Numbered from the stretch's first letter, positions 19,073-29,568 are shown. The stretch: DNA of 64,000 nucleotides from Candidatus Amesbacteria bacterium GW2011_GWB1_47_19 (GCA_001002325.1 LCNZ01000007.1:26763-90762); one strand, 5' to 3'. Notes: generated from the letters alone by a model not told the origin. Numbers and translations are program-made.

Positions 19073-20047
19073 ATGGTGGCAAGGATTTTTGTGACCAGGA
19101 TGATTCCGTTTTGGGAAGAAGTGAGCAAACCGCTGGTTGATGCCGGACACGAGGTGGTGATGTATCCGAATCATAAACCGATTACCAGAGAAGAGATAGA
19201 GATAGAGATAGAGAAGGGATACGACGGATTATTAACACTGTTGACGGATAAAATTGATGAGGGGTTGCTGGTGCATGACAAGAGCGGGCAACTAAAGGTA
19301 ATTGCCAACTATGCGGTGGGCTATGACAATATAGACATAGAGGCGTGCAAAAAGCACAACATTAAAGTGGCCAATACCCCCTGTGACGAGGTAAATGAGA
19401 GCGTGGCGGAATTTACCTGGAGCCTGATGCTGGCGCTGACGCGGAGACTGCCCGAGGCGGGGGAGTTTATGCGAAATGCGGCCTACCGGGGGTGGGATCC
19501 GGATATATTTGTGGGGCGGGATATGATGGGAAAAACACTGGGAATCGCAGGCATGGGAAGAATCGGAGGGATGGTGGCCAGGAGAGCTGAAGGATTCGGG
19601 ATGAGGATTGAGTATTACAACAGAAAACCGGTAGAAGGGGTCAATTACGAATATAAAGCCAGACTGGAAGAGTTGCTGGCCCAGTCTGATTTTGTGAGCC
19701 TGCATGTACCATTGACAGCTGAAACCAGGCACTTAATTAATAAAACTAATCTGCATCTATTTAAAAAAACCGCGGTTTTGGTAAACACCGCCCGGGGACC
19801 GGTAGTGGATGAGGTGGAAGTGGGTGAAGCGCTGAGGGCGGGAATGATTGCCGGATACGGGGCGGATGTGTTTGAGAATGAGCCGGACCCGCATCCGGAA
19901 CTGCTGCTGATGGAGAATGTCCTGTTGACCCCTCATATTGCTTCGGCTACGGAGGGGGCAAGGAAAAAAATGGGGGAATTGGCAGTGTTGAACCTGACGG
20001 AGGGACTGGCAGGGAAAGAAATGCCGAATCTAGTAAGAGGATTATAA
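19073..20047 (+). CDS. D-isomer-specific 2-hydroxyacid dehydrogenase (glycerate/hydroxypyruvate reductase-like) with EIEIEIE insertion
   Basis: NAD-binding 'GIAGMGRIGG' and a catalytic-region R...E...H layout. Confidence 0.8.
   Translation: MVARIFVTRMIPFWEEVSKPLVDAGHEVVMYPNHKPITREEIEIEIEKGYDGLLTLLTDKIDEGLLVHDKSGQLKVIANYAVGYDNIDIEACKKHNIKVANTPCDEVNESVAEFTWSLMLALTRRLPEAGEFMRNAAYRGWDPDIFVGRDMMGKTLGIAGMGRIGGMVARRAEGFGMRIEYYNRKPVEGVNYEYKARLEELLAQSDFVSLHVPLTAETRHLINKTNLHLFKKTAVLVNTARGPVVDEVEVGEALRAGMIAGYGADVFENEPDPHPELLLMENVLLTPHIASATEGARKKMGELAVLNLTEGLAGKEMPNLVRGL
19193..19213. repeat. (GAGATA)n in frame (EIEIEIE)
   Basis: gagatagagatagagatagag. Confidence 0.8.
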
Positions 20048-20051
20048 TTGG

Positions 20052-20981
20052 ATGGTGGAAAAGGTTAAGCCGGAGAAAAAGAGGGGGGCCAGGAGCCAGG
20101 AAAAGAAGAAACCGGATGTAAACCGGAAAATGATCGGTTGGGCATTTGCAATTACAGGTATTGTCAGCCTGGGAATGTGGATGGCGGGAGGAGGGGTCAG
20201 GAGAAGTAAAGTGGCCGGATGGGGAGAGGCACTCGAGACTAATGAAATACCGCAGGCCATAGTTACATTAGAGAGGGATTCAGATATCACCGCGAGCCTG
20301 CAAAGGACAGTGGGGGGACTGGCGGGGGAGTATGCCGTGTGGGTTTACCGGTTAAACAGCGGGGAAGTGTACGGAATAAACGAAGATACTCAGATGCCGG
20401 CGGCGTCGATTATGAAAGTTCCGATTATGGCGGCAGTGCTTAAGCAAGTTGAAAACGGAAATTTGGAATTGGAGGACGGATACGTGCGGATGCTGGAGGA
20501 TATGGGGAAGAATTCAGATAATACCGCGCCGGTAATACTGACGCAGGCTATAGGACAGGAAAAAGTAAAGGAATCGGTGCTGGATTTGGGCATGACTGCC
20601 AGCTCATTTGAGGAAAATACCACCACCGCAGCGGATGTGGGCAGGATGTGGGTCAAACTGTATAAGGGAGAGTATTTACGGGAGGAATACTGGCAGAAGA
20701 TGGAGAGTTGGCTGACAGACAGTATTTATGAAGACAGAATACCCGCCGGATTGCCGGTCCGGGACGGGGTGAAAGTAATTCACAAAGTGGGGACCGGTGC
20801 GGGAGTGTGGGCGGACGGGGGAGTGATAGAGTGTAAGAGTGTAAGAGTAGAAGAGTGCAAGTTTGACCCGTTTGTTTTGGTGGTATTGAATAAAGAAACA
20901 AAAAGAGATGAGGCGTTATCTGCCGTGCCGGAGTTGGTAAGAAAGATTTGGGCGTATGAGACAAATGCCCCTGAGGATTGA
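20052..20981 (+). CDS. Class A beta-lactamase-related serine hydrolase, membrane-anchored
   Basis: N-terminal TM helix and an 'ASIMK' SxxK motif. Contains an in-frame AGTGTAAGAGT repeat (ECKSVRVEECKF). Confidence 0.5.
   Translation: MVEKVKPEKKRGARSQEKKKPDVNRKMIGWAFAITGIVSLGMWMAGGGVRRSKVAGWGEALETNEIPQAIVTLERDSDITASLQRTVGGLAGEYAVWVYRLNSGEVYGINEDTQMPAASIMKVPIMAAVLKQVENGNLELEDGYVRMLEDMGKNSDNTAPVILTQAIGQEKVKESVLDLGMTASSFEENTTTAADVGRMWVKLYKGEYLREEYWQKMESWLTDSIYEDRIPAGLPVRDGVKVIHKVGTGAGVWADGGVIECKSVRVEECKFDPFVLVVLNKETKRDEALSAVPELVRKIWAYETNAPED
20829..20860. repeat. AGTGTAAGAGT-family tandem repeat, in frame
   Basis: gagtgtaagagtgtaagagtagaagagtgcaag. Confidence 0.6.
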
Positions 20982-20993
20982 TATAATTCGGGA

Positions 20994-21818
20994 ATGAACG
21001 GACATACGCCGTTTTTTTCGGTGGTGATACCCACCCTTAACGAGGAGAAATATTTGCCGCGGCTCCTCCGGGATTTGGATAGGCAGATAGATAAGGATTT
21101 TGAAGCGTTTGTGGTCGACGGCAGGTCTGAGGACAAAACAGTAGAGAAAGCTAAAAAATATGAGGGGGTTTTGCCGTATCTGGAAATTATGATATCGGAC
21201 ATCAGGAATGTCGGAGCACAAAGAAACAAAGCAGCTAAAGCAGCCAGGGGGAAATTTCTGGTGTTTCTGGATGCGGATGCTCAGATACCGGCAAATTTTT
21301 TGAGCCAAATACATAATTATCTGATCGAAGAGGATCCGAAATGCCGGTTTTTGACGACCTGGGTAAAAGCGGATTCAGAGAGCAGTTCGGAAAAGACCGT
21401 GACGATGTTTATTAATATGCTTTTGGAAATGGCCAAATCCATGGAGAAACCTACGGTATTGGGTTTTAATATGGTGGTTTTGAGGAAAGATTTTGAAAAA
21501 GTAAAAGGATTTAATGAGAAGATTAAAATTGCCGAAGATTTTGACCTGACAAAAAGGCTAACGGATATAGGAGCATCATGGCACTTATTGAAATCTCCCA
21601 GACTGGTCATGTCTCTGAGACGGTTGAGAAGAGAGGGAACACTGGAAAGTGTCAGAAAACTGGTGGTGGGAGTATCCAAGTTTTTACTGGAAGGGCCGAT
21701 AACACAGGAGATATTTGATTATCCGATGGGGGGAAAGGTGGTTGATACGCGCAGCAAGCGAAGGCAGAAGCTGAAAAAAACATTTGAGAAGTATAAGAAA
21801 CTTCTGGACCAGTTTTGA
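20994..21818 (+). CDS. Family 2 glycosyltransferase
   Basis: 'FSVVIPTLNEEKYL' and 'FVVDGRSEDKT' GT2 motifs. Confidence 0.75.
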   Translation: MNGHTPFFSVVIPTLNEEKYLPRLLRDLDRQIDKDFEAFVVDGRSEDKTVEKAKKYEGVLPYLEIMISDIRNVGAQRNKAAKAARGKFLVFLDADAQIPANFLSQIHNYLIEEDPKCRFLTTWVKADSESSSEKTVTMFINMLLEMAKSMEKPTVLGFNMVVLRKDFEKVKGFNEKIKIAEDFDLTKRLTDIGASWHLLKSPRLVMSLRRLRREGTLESVRKLVVGVSKFLLEGPITQEIFDYPMGGKVVDTRSKRRQKLKKTFEKYKKLLDQF

Positions 21819-21824
21819 TACGCG

Positions 21825-22536
21825 TTACCGGACGTCGGGGAGAATGCTGTTTGGTTTTTTTCGGATATAAATGTCGATAAAACTGCGGACATAGGCGAAA
21901 AGGCCCACAGCCAGCCCCCGGCGGAAGCGGCGGCCGGAGAAAACGACCCGGATACGGGGAGTGAATTTGATTTTGGCGATACGGGAGACGCGAAGACTCA
22001 AGTCCACGTCTTCCAGGCTGTTGAGACGGGGATTGAAACCGCCGGATCGGAGATAAATATCCCGGCGAATGGCGAAGTTGAAACCGTTGAGCCAGTAATG
22101 GCCGGCAGCAAGACGCCAGCAGATCATCACAGTAGGCTGGAAGAGACTGAGAACGAGATTCTGACCCGGCCGGAGATCGGTCACCCGGCAAGGTCCGGTG
22201 GCGGCGGAAAAATGCCCGTTATCAAGAGTCCGAATCAGATTGTCGACCCAATCGGGGGGGACGACCGTATCGGCATCGGTCGAGAGGATGGTGTCGCCGG
22301 AAGCGGCGGCGAAACCCGTCCGCCTGGCCGGGCTGCGGCCTTTGGTGCTTTCCGGGATAATTCTCAGACGGAGTTTTTTGGCAAATTTTTTAGCCTGGCG
22401 GACAGTGCCGTCGGTGGAAGCGTTGTCGACAACAATAACCTCGAAGGGCAGGGAAGTGGCTTGCTCACATAGGGATTGCAGACACAAAGGCAAAGTGTGT
22501 TCTTCATTGTATGCCGGAATTACGACTGAAATCATA
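21825..22536 (-). CDS. Family 2 glycosyltransferase
   Basis: 'MISVVIPAYNEEHTL' and 'VIVVDNASTDGT'; internal ATG at 22536 chosen as start. Confidence 0.7.
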
Positions 22537-22563
22537 ATCTGATTATAATAAAATAAAGATGAT

Positions 22564-22830
22564 ATGACATTAAACAGACCGAAAGTGAGCGGAAACGACT
22601 GGCTGGACGCGGTGTTTGTAATGCTAGCGGTTCTGGCAATTTTGCACGCTCCGATGATACTTTTGGACACGCTGATGAAGAGGGATATCAGTCTGGTAAA
22701 TATGTTCGGGATCGTAGGCTGGCAAACGATATGGCCCGGGGTTAACAAGGGTGGGCTGTCTCTGGGGATATCATGGGCAGCTCTTTTGGGGCTGTACCTG
22801 GTAATTTATCGCTGGATGAAGCAGCGTTAG
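22564..22830 (+). CDS. Small membrane protein, hypothetical
   Basis: 88 aa with two TM helices. Confidence 0.35.
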   Translation: MTLNRPKVSGNDWLDAVFVMLAVLAILHAPMILLDTLMKRDISLVNMFGIVGWQTIWPGVNKGGLSLGISWAALLGLYLVIYRWMKQR

Positions 22831-22940
22831 AAGAGAGGCCGGCTGAAGAATTTGACCAGAAGAAGGATAGTACCGACAGCGGAGAGGGCGGAAATGAGAA
22901 TGAGTGTATTTCTGAACGGGGATTTCATGGTGTATTTATT

Positions 22941-25148
22941 TTACCTTTTCCTGGGTTTTTTTCGAGCGGGCGGCTCTTTGGGGGTCTGCGGGGGAGGTGA
23001 CGGGGGGGCGGGGGTGCTGATTTGAACAGAGACGCCGGTGAGAATCCGGTGATCGGGGGGAACGGGGGTGGGTGTTTTGATACCGGAAATGGAGATGTCG
23101 GTGCAGGTTTGTTTGGGTTCGGTCCCCGAGAGGAAATATTCCCATCTGCCGCCGCAGGCTGAGCAAGCCCGCTGGCCGGTAACGGGACAAATCTGAAGCT
23201 TTACCAGATTATCCGGGGGAGAGAAACCGGCAGAAGGGTGATCGGCCAGAATCAGGTCCATTATGCTGCGCCAGATGGGTGAGGCTCCGGTGACTCCAGA
23301 AGCGACATAGCTCATGGGAGTGTTGTCGTTGTTGCCGACCCAGACTGCAACCAGGCGATCGGGAGAAAAACCTATGGTCCAGTTGTCGCGAAGATTGTTG
23401 GTAGTGCCGGTTTTGACTGCAACCTGCTGGCCGGGAATATTCAGTTGGGACCGGGAGCCGAAAGTGGGGGTCCGGGCGGCGTTGTCTGAAAGAATGTCGG
23501 AAATAAGAAAGGCAATGCGGGGATCGAGAACGGGTTCGGGCTCGTAGTCGAATTTTTCCAGCAGACGGCCGCGGGAATCACGGACGGAAAGGATGGGATG
23601 AAGGCTGACTTTCCGGCCGTTATTGGCCAAAACTCCGTAAACAACAGCGAGATCCTGCATGGTAACGTCACCACCTCCCAGCGTCAGCGACAGCCCGTAA
23701 CGGGAAGGGTCGTTCCAGGTGGTAATACCCATTTTTTGGCCCAGGCTGACCATCTCGCTAACCCCGTTGGCGGCCAGAAGTTTAACGGCCGGAACATTGT
23801 ACGAGGAAGCCAGAGCAGTGCGCAGGGAAATCCGGCCATGGAAGCGGCGGTCGTAATTGACGGGTGAATAGGGCTCCTGACCCGGAATCCGGTAAGTTAT
23901 GGGAGAATCGTCAATAGGGCTGGCAGGAGTGAAATTCCGGGAAAAAGCGAGAGCATAATTGACTGGTTTGATAGCCGATCCGGGCTGGCGGACGGATTTG
24001 GTGACGTTTACCTGGCCGTCCCGGGCGAAATCGAAATAATCGTGCGAGCCTACCATGGCCAGAATCTCTCCGGTGTTGGGATTGGTGACCAGGGCGGCCC
24101 CGTTTTCGATATGCAGATAAGTGATTCTGGCTACCTCCTGTGCGACGATATTTTGAGCCTGTTCCTGAAGAGATAAATCCAATGAGGTGATGACGTCTAA
24201 TCCACCCTGTTCCACAAGGGCAGAACCGTATTTTTGGGCTAAGAGGTCTTTGATGTACATGACAAAATGGGGGGCTTTTATGTCCGAGCGGGGGGGCATT
24301 AGGGTGAGCTGAGCTGAAGCCGAAGCCTCGGCCTGTTCCCAGGAGATGAAACCGGCGGAAACCATGTGCCGGAGGACTTCCTGCTGGCGGGTCAGAGCCA
24401 GCTCGGGGTGGGCGCCGAACGGAGAATAAGAGGTGGGGGATGCCGGCAGCCCGGCTAAAAACGCCGCTTCGGGGAGCCCGAGTGCGGAAGAAGGCTTACC
24501 GAAATATGTTTGGGCGGCCTCTTCGATGCCGTAAGTGGCACCGCCGAAACCGACCCGGTTCAGATACATTTCCAATATCTGATCCTTGGAGTAAAGATGC
24601 TCGACGGCGATTGACAGAGTCAGCTCGCGAAGTTTGCGGCGGAGAGTGCGTTCCGGAGAGAGCAGGGCGGTTTTGACAAGCTGCTGGGTGATGGTGGAAC
24701 CACCCTGGATGGACAGAGAACAAGACAAGCGGCTAAGAGCACATTTCAGGTTGTTTAAAGTGAGATTTTTTACCACGGAGCGGAAAATAGCCTGGAGTGA
24801 GAAGCCGGAATGATAATAAAAATCCTTGTCTTCGATGGCTAGTATGGCTTGTTTGATATGTGGTGACAGATCGTCTAATTTAACCAGGGTCCGGTTCTGA
24901 CCGGAATAGATTTTGTATAATTCCACGCCGTTTCTGTCCCGGATGTGGGTGGTCAGGGGTAGGGGGGCCCGGGAGAGGGATGAGGGGGAAGGCAGACCGC
25001 GAAGAATAAAAATGTAAAAAAGTGAAAAAAGACCGGCGGAAAAGAGTATAAGGAGGATGAGGAAGAGACGGAGGCGCCTGAAAGAAAGAAGTGAGAGCAG
25101 ACGAACGTAAGGGAAAAGAAACTTGAGAAATGATTTGAGAGATAACAT
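22941..25148 (-). CDS. Class A penicillin-binding protein (PBP1; transglycosylase/transpeptidase)
   Basis: GT51 motif 'QGGSTITQQLVK'; transpeptidase 'SAIKP' and 'KTGTT'; N-terminal TM helix. Confidence 0.9.
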   Translation of the reverse strand: MLSLKSFLKFLFPYVRLLSLLSFRRLRLFLILLILFSAGLFSLFYIFILRGLPSPSSLSRAPLPLTTHIRDRNGVELYKIYSGQNRTLVKLDDLSPHIKQAILAIEDKDFYYHSGFSLQAIFRSVVKNLTLNNLKCALSRLSCSLSIQGGSTITQQLVKTALLSPERTLRRKLRELTLSIAVEHLYSKDQILEMYLNRVGFGGATYGIEEAAQTYFGKPSSALGLPEAAFLAGLPASPTSYSPFGAHPELALTRQQEVLRHMVSAGFISWEQAEASASAQLTLMPPRSDIKAPHFVMYIKDLLAQKYGSALVEQGGLDVITSLDLSLQEQAQNIVAQEVARITYLHIENGAALVTNPNTGEILAMVGSHDYFDFARDGQVNVTKSVRQPGSAIKPVNYALAFSRNFTPASPIDDSPITYRIPGQEPYSPVNYDRRFHGRISLRTALASSYNVPAVKLLAANGVSEMVSLGQKMGITTWNDPSRYGLSLTLGGGDVTMQDLAVVYGVLANNGRKVSLHPILSVRDSRGRLLEKFDYEPEPVLDPRIAFLISDILSDNAARTPTFGSRSQLNIPGQQVAVKTGTTNNLRDNWTIGFSPDRLVAVWVGNNDNTPMSYVASGVTGASPIWRSIMDLILADHPSAGFSPPDNLVKLQICPVTGQRACSACGGRWEYFLSGTEPKQTCTDISISGIKTPTPVPPDHRILTGVSVQISTPAPPSPPPQTPKEPPARKKPRKR

Positions 25149-25247
25149 TTACATCATAGGCAGGGTAGGTTAATTTTAAAGGGCAGGGAAACCGGTTTGA
25201 TTATATGAAGTATTACCAATTGGGGGCAATACCAAAAATCCTGAGTT

Positions 25248-27557
25248 TTATTGTTTAATAGCTTTTCCGGAAGAGTCGAGGCGGATGACGTCCGGGCCGC
25301 CATAACCACCGGAGCAGTCCAGACAAAGGGCGGTACCCAGGGCGTCAAACAGGACGGCATGATTTTGGGGTTCAATGTTTTGGGGTTCTTCGGCGATCTG
25401 TCTGGCGGTAGCCGGGGCCTGGGTGGATTTATAAATTGAGATGTCCCGGCGGTTTTGGCCGGGGTCCGGAGGAGGGAAGGTACCTTTGAGGAAATACTCA
25501 TAGCGGGGAGAACAGTCAGCCGGTGGCGACTCGGGAGTCCGGTAACCGGAGAGACTGCAGACGGTGGTGCCGGTTACGTCTGCCGGCTGGGGGGGCCAGT
25601 GCTGGGAGTAGTCGGTTAAAGCCCGGGACATGATTTTGTTCCAGATGGGTGAGGCGCCGGTAACCCCAGAAGCGATGTAACTCATGGCGGTATTGTCGTT
25701 GTTACCGACCCAGACGGCAACTTCGATGTCAGGGGTGAAACCGACTGTCCAGTTGTCGCGTTTTTCGTTGGTAGTACCGGTTTTGACCGAAACTTCGGGA
25801 TGGTTTTTTATATTGAGGTATGAGGAAGAGCCGAAGGTAGCCGAACGGGCGCCGTTGTCGTAGAGAATGTGAGAAATGATGAAAGCGGCACCGGAGGAAA
25901 TTACCCGGGTGTTGGGGGGTGATATCTTGACATACGATTTGTGATTGTAGCGAAATGAATTCAAGAGGTTGGTTTTTACTGAGTCTTCGTCTGATAGTTC
26001 GGTTGACGGAACCTGCTCCAGAACCGTGCCGGCCCGGTCCATGACCTTCAGGATGGGGTTTAGGTCTACCCGGGTGCCGGCATTGGCCAGCACACCGTAG
26101 GCGACAGCCAGATCGAGCATGGTGACCTCTCCACCTCCCAGAGCCAGTGAAGGACCAAAAGCCTGGGGGTCTTTGTAGGAAGTAATGCCAAAGGCGGATG
26201 AAGTGGCGACAAAATCCGTGAGACCGGTTAATGTAAGGGCTTTGACGGCGGGAATATTGAAAGAGTTGGCCAGAGCAAAACGAACCTGGGTGGGACCATG
26301 GAATTGGCCGTCGTAGTTGTCGGGACAATAGGGCTTTTGGTTGGCCTGGGAGAAACAAGTGGGCTTGTCGGCCAAAAGTGATGCGGCGGTAAATATTTTG
26401 TGGTCCAATCCCAGGGCATAATGGATGGGTTTGATAGAGGAACCCGGCTGACGGCTGGCAAGAACGACGTTAACATTGCCGTCGATTTGGGTGTCAAAAT
26501 AATCTTTGGAGCCGACCATAGCCAGGATTTCGCCGGTCTTGGGGTGGGTAACCAGAGCCGCACCGTTTGAAACCTTTTCTTTTTTGAGTTTGGCGACTTC
26601 GGAGGCGACTGCGGATTGGGCGAAATCCTGAAGTTCCAGATCCAGGGTGGTGATAACCGTCAAACCATCCTGTTCCACCCGGTCCAGGCCGTATTTTTGA
26701 ATCAGCATATCTTTGACCCAGAGAGAAAAATGGGGGGCATTGAGTGATTCCTGGCGGGAGTAGAGGAGTTCCTGACCTAAGGCCCCGTCATATTCTTGCT
26801 GACTGATGAATTTGTTGTCCAGCATCTGTGACAACACGTGACGCTGGCGGTCTTTGGCACGTTGGGGGGCGGAACCGAAAGGGGAATAATATGAGGGAGC
26901 CTGAGGCAGGCCGGCCAACAGGGCAGATTCGGCCAGAGTCAGTTCGGAAGCGGATTTACCGAAATAAGTCCGGGCGGCACTTTCCAGGCCGTAGGCCGTG
27001 CCACCGTATGGTACCTGGTTGAGATAAAATTCCAGAATCTCATTTTTTGAATAGATAATTTCCACGGCTAAACTGAGCACAAATTCCCGGGCCTTGCGAC
27101 GCAAAGTCCGGTCATCCGAGAGAAGAGCTTTTTTGACCAATTGTTGGGTGATGGTGGAGCCGCCCTGGAGTTTTTGACGGAAGAAAGTGTTTTTTACTGC
27201 CCGTAAAATCCCGCGCAGGGAAAAACCGGAGTGTTTGTAAAAATCCTTGTCTTCAGCGGATAAATGGGCAGCGATGACATATTTGGGCAGAGAGTCCAGT
27301 TTGATGGGCGTGCGGCGCTGGTCTGCAAAAATTTCGTAGATAAGCTGTCCATGACGGTCCAGAAGTTTGGTGGAAGCAGGCGACGGGTGGGAGGATAGGC
27401 GGGTGGGGTTGGGTAACCCCCAGAAAATGTAGAGTGTAAGAGCAAAAAAGCTGGTGAGAAGGAATAAAACCGGAAGTTTCCAATTCCTGAGACGGGGGTG
27501 ATGGATGACTTTTTTTGATCGTGACGGGGACCGCCGGTGTTTACCCTTTTTCTTCAT
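25248..27557 (-). CDS. Class A penicillin-binding protein (second paralog)
   Basis: 'QGGSTITQQLVKK', 'SSIKP' and 'KTGTT'; N-terminal TM helix. Confidence 0.9.
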   Translation of the reverse strand: MKKKGKHRRSPSRSKKVIHHPRLRNWKLPVLFLLTSFFALTLYIFWGLPNPTRLSSHPSPASTKLLDRHGQLIYEIFADQRRTPIKLDSLPKYVIAAHLSAEDKDFYKHSGFSLRGILRAVKNTFFRQKLQGGSTITQQLVKKALLSDDRTLRRKAREFVLSLAVEIIYSKNEILEFYLNQVPYGGTAYGLESAARTYFGKSASELTLAESALLAGLPQAPSYYSPFGSAPQRAKDRQRHVLSQMLDNKFISQQEYDGALGQELLYSRQESLNAPHFSLWVKDMLIQKYGLDRVEQDGLTVITTLDLELQDFAQSAVASEVAKLKKEKVSNGAALVTHPKTGEILAMVGSKDYFDTQIDGNVNVVLASRQPGSSIKPIHYALGLDHKIFTAASLLADKPTCFSQANQKPYCPDNYDGQFHGPTQVRFALANSFNIPAVKALTLTGLTDFVATSSAFGITSYKDPQAFGPSLALGGGEVTMLDLAVAYGVLANAGTRVDLNPILKVMDRAGTVLEQVPSTELSDEDSVKTNLLNSFRYNHKSYVKISPPNTRVISSGAAFIISHILYDNGARSATFGSSSYLNIKNHPEVSVKTGTTNEKRDNWTVGFTPDIEVAVWVGNNDNTAMSYIASGVTGASPIWNKIMSRALTDYSQHWPPQPADVTGTTVCSLSGYRTPESPPADCSPRYEYFLKGTFPPPDPGQNRRDISIYKSTQAPATARQIAEEPQNIEPQNHAVLFDALGTALCLDCSGGYGGPDVIRLDSSGKAIKQ

Positions 27558-27599
27558 GGGTTGAATTATAACCGGAGTGGAGTTATATTAATAATTGTC

Positions 27600-27830
27600 A
27601 TGGCAGTGAAAAAGAGCAAAAAAGTAAGTTTTCCTCAGGCAGAAGTGAAACAGGACACCAAAGTACCGAAGTGGCATATGGAGGAAATGGGGGAGGGCGG
27701 AGAACCATTGGATCCGCAGGAAGAAAAACTGCTGGACTGGATTCTCAAGGCGGTGGTATTTTTTGTGCTGGGCTGGCTGGGCCTGTCGGTACTTCTGGTA
27801 ATCGGGGGCTATTTCCATTTGTGGGGTTGA
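27600..27830 (+). CDS. Small membrane protein (MAVKKS... family)
   Basis: The start 'MAVKKSKKVSFPQAEVK' is paralogous to 15399..15644; C-terminal TM helix. Confidence 0.35.
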   Translation: MAVKKSKKVSFPQAEVKQDTKVPKWHMEEMGEGGEPLDPQEEKLLDWILKAVVFFVLGWLGLSVLLVIGGYFHLWG

Positions 27831-27854
27831 CAACATACGACATACAATTGAAAG

Positions 27855-28103
27855 ATGATCAGGACTCAAGTGTATTTACCAGAAGATGTGCACCGGGACT
27901 TGAAGTTGTTGGCCAAGACTGAAGGGGTGAATTTTTCCACTTTGGTACGGCAAGGAGCAGAAGAAATTATAAAAAAGAAAAAGATCAGGAAGAAGGACTG
28001 GAGGAAATTAGTCGGGGTAATAAAAGGCGGCTCCAGAGATGTATCTTCCAAGATCGACTATTATTTGTACGGAGAAGGCAATCCCAAATGGGCAGGGCGG
28101 TAA
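27855..28103 (+). CDS. Ribbon-helix-helix (CopG-like) antitoxin
   Basis: 'TQVYLPEDVHRDLKLLAKTEGVNFSTLVRQGAEE' matches the RHH fold. Confidence 0.55.
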   Translation: MIRTQVYLPEDVHRDLKLLAKTEGVNFSTLVRQGAEEIIKKKKIRKKDWRKLVGVIKGGSRDVSSKIDYYLYGEGNPKWAGR

Positions 28104-28336
28104 TAGACGCAAATGTCCTGGTAGGGTTGGTGAGAGATAAAGACGCATTGGCGGTGGCTAAAGTGTTTTATGACGGATACCAGGATCTGATAGATATAGA
28201 GATAAAGCTGGAGGAGAAACTGGAGAGACTGGCCTGGAAAATTTTTTTGAAACAGACGAAAAAAGGGACATCATTTGTGGATTGTGCCAACCTGGCGATG
28301 ATGGAAATGTATAAGTTGGATGGGGTAGTGACATAA
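28088..28336 (+). CDS. PIN-domain toxin (VapC, short)
   Basis: 'AVIDANVLVGLV' and 'SFVDCANLAMME'; overlaps the antitoxin. Confidence 0.55.
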   Translation: MGRAVIDANVLVGLVRDKDALAVAKVFYDGYQDLIDIEIKLEEKLERLAWKIFLKQTKKGTSFVDCANLAMMEMYKLDGVVT

Positions 28337-28344
28337 TGTAGAAT

Positions 28345-28833
28345 ATGATGGTGGGAAAAGATTATGAGAATTCCGACTGGTGGAAGTCTGCGGATAATCT
28401 GGTACGGGAACTGATGGCAGAGGCCTATATATTGCTGGAAAGGGAAACGAAGTCTCCGGACGGATTACATGATTATTCGTTTGTGGTGTTTCCGGCGGCT
28501 AAAGCGTATGAAGGTTTTTTGAAAAGAATTTTTTTGGATTTGGGACTGATCGGGAAGTTGCAATATTACGGCGAGCACTTCCGGATCGGCAGAGCCTTGT
28601 CTCCCAGTCTGCCCAAAAGATACCGCTCGGGATGGGTATTCGGAAAGCTGGTCGGGGTATGCGGAGGGGATGAGCTGCCCCTGAAAATGTGGGGAGTATG
28701 GAAAAAAGCCAGGAACAGAATTTTTCACTTTTTTCCCGATCACCGGGAATTTATTAACCTAAATGAAGCTGGAATATTAGTGAACGAAATTGCACAGATA
28801 ATGGATGAGACGCTGGCGGGATGTAAGAGATAG
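28345..28833 (+). CDS. Hypothetical protein with a possible HEPN-like Rx4H motif
   Basis: 162 aa; 'ARNRIFHF' fits R-x4-H; located immediately after a TA pair. Confidence 0.25.
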   Translation: MMVGKDYENSDWWKSADNLVRELMAEAYILLERETKSPDGLHDYSFVVFPAAKAYEGFLKRIFLDLGLIGKLQYYGEHFRIGRALSPSLPKRYRSGWVFGKLVGVCGGDELPLKMWGVWKKARNRIFHFFPDHREFINLNEAGILVNEIAQIMDETLAGCKR

Positions 28834-28911
28834 ATATTCGGGTAATGTTCGTATTCAGATATGCCAAACTTGCCCTTCCTTGACAGCTTGTGGCATACTT
28901 GATCATGCCCC

Positions 28912-29568
28912 ATGAAAAGCTTGCTTATTGGAGAGAGTCCGGCCGGAAGTGAAAGCTCATTCTTTAGGAAGACGTGGGGGACATGGAAAACGGCAGCTGC
29001 GGTGAGTTCGGCGGCGGTGGTGTTCGGGGTAGCTATTCTGGTACTGTCTATTCTGGCGGCAATCAGTCCTTTGAAGGTGTTTCCCCAGACAGATCCGGCG
29101 ACTGAATCCGCTGCTACTGTGCAGATCGAGTACTATTTGCCCTATCCGGGTGTATTACCCGACAGCCCGCTGTACAAATTAAAGATGGTGCGGGACAGAG
29201 TGAAATTATGGATTACCAGAGATGCAACAAAGAGAACTGATCTGGAGCTGTTGTACGCCGATAAGAGGATAAATGCCGCTTTGGCCCTGGCTGACGGGGG
29301 TAAGGAAACGTTGGCAGTAAGTACGGCGACAAAGGCGGAGAAGTATCTGGAGCAAGCAGTGAACCGGGTGTTGGAACAGAATGGGCAGGGAAAAGATGTG
29401 AAGAGCCAGATGATGAAGCTGGAAAAAGCGGCAGCCAAACATGAGGAGCTGTTGAAAAACATCTCTGTCAAGACTTCGGGGCCGGTAAAAGAAGTGGCAG
29501 ATATAACTGCTACGCAGACCCGGATGCTGATGGAGAAATTGGGGCAGGCAATTCTGGAAGCTGAATGA
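28912..29568 (+). CDS. Membrane-anchored hypothetical protein
   Basis: TM helix near the N-terminus followed by a helical soluble domain. Confidence 0.4.
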   Translation: MKSLLIGESPAGSESSFFRKTWGTWKTAAAVSSAAVVFGVAILVLSILAAISPLKVFPQTDPATESAATVQIEYYLPYPGVLPDSPLYKLKMVRDRVKLWITRDATKRTDLELLYADKRINAALALADGGKETLAVSTATKAEKYLEQAVNRVLEQNGQGKDVKSQMMKLEKAAAKHEELLKNISVKTSGPVKEVADITATQTRMLMEKLGQAILEAE

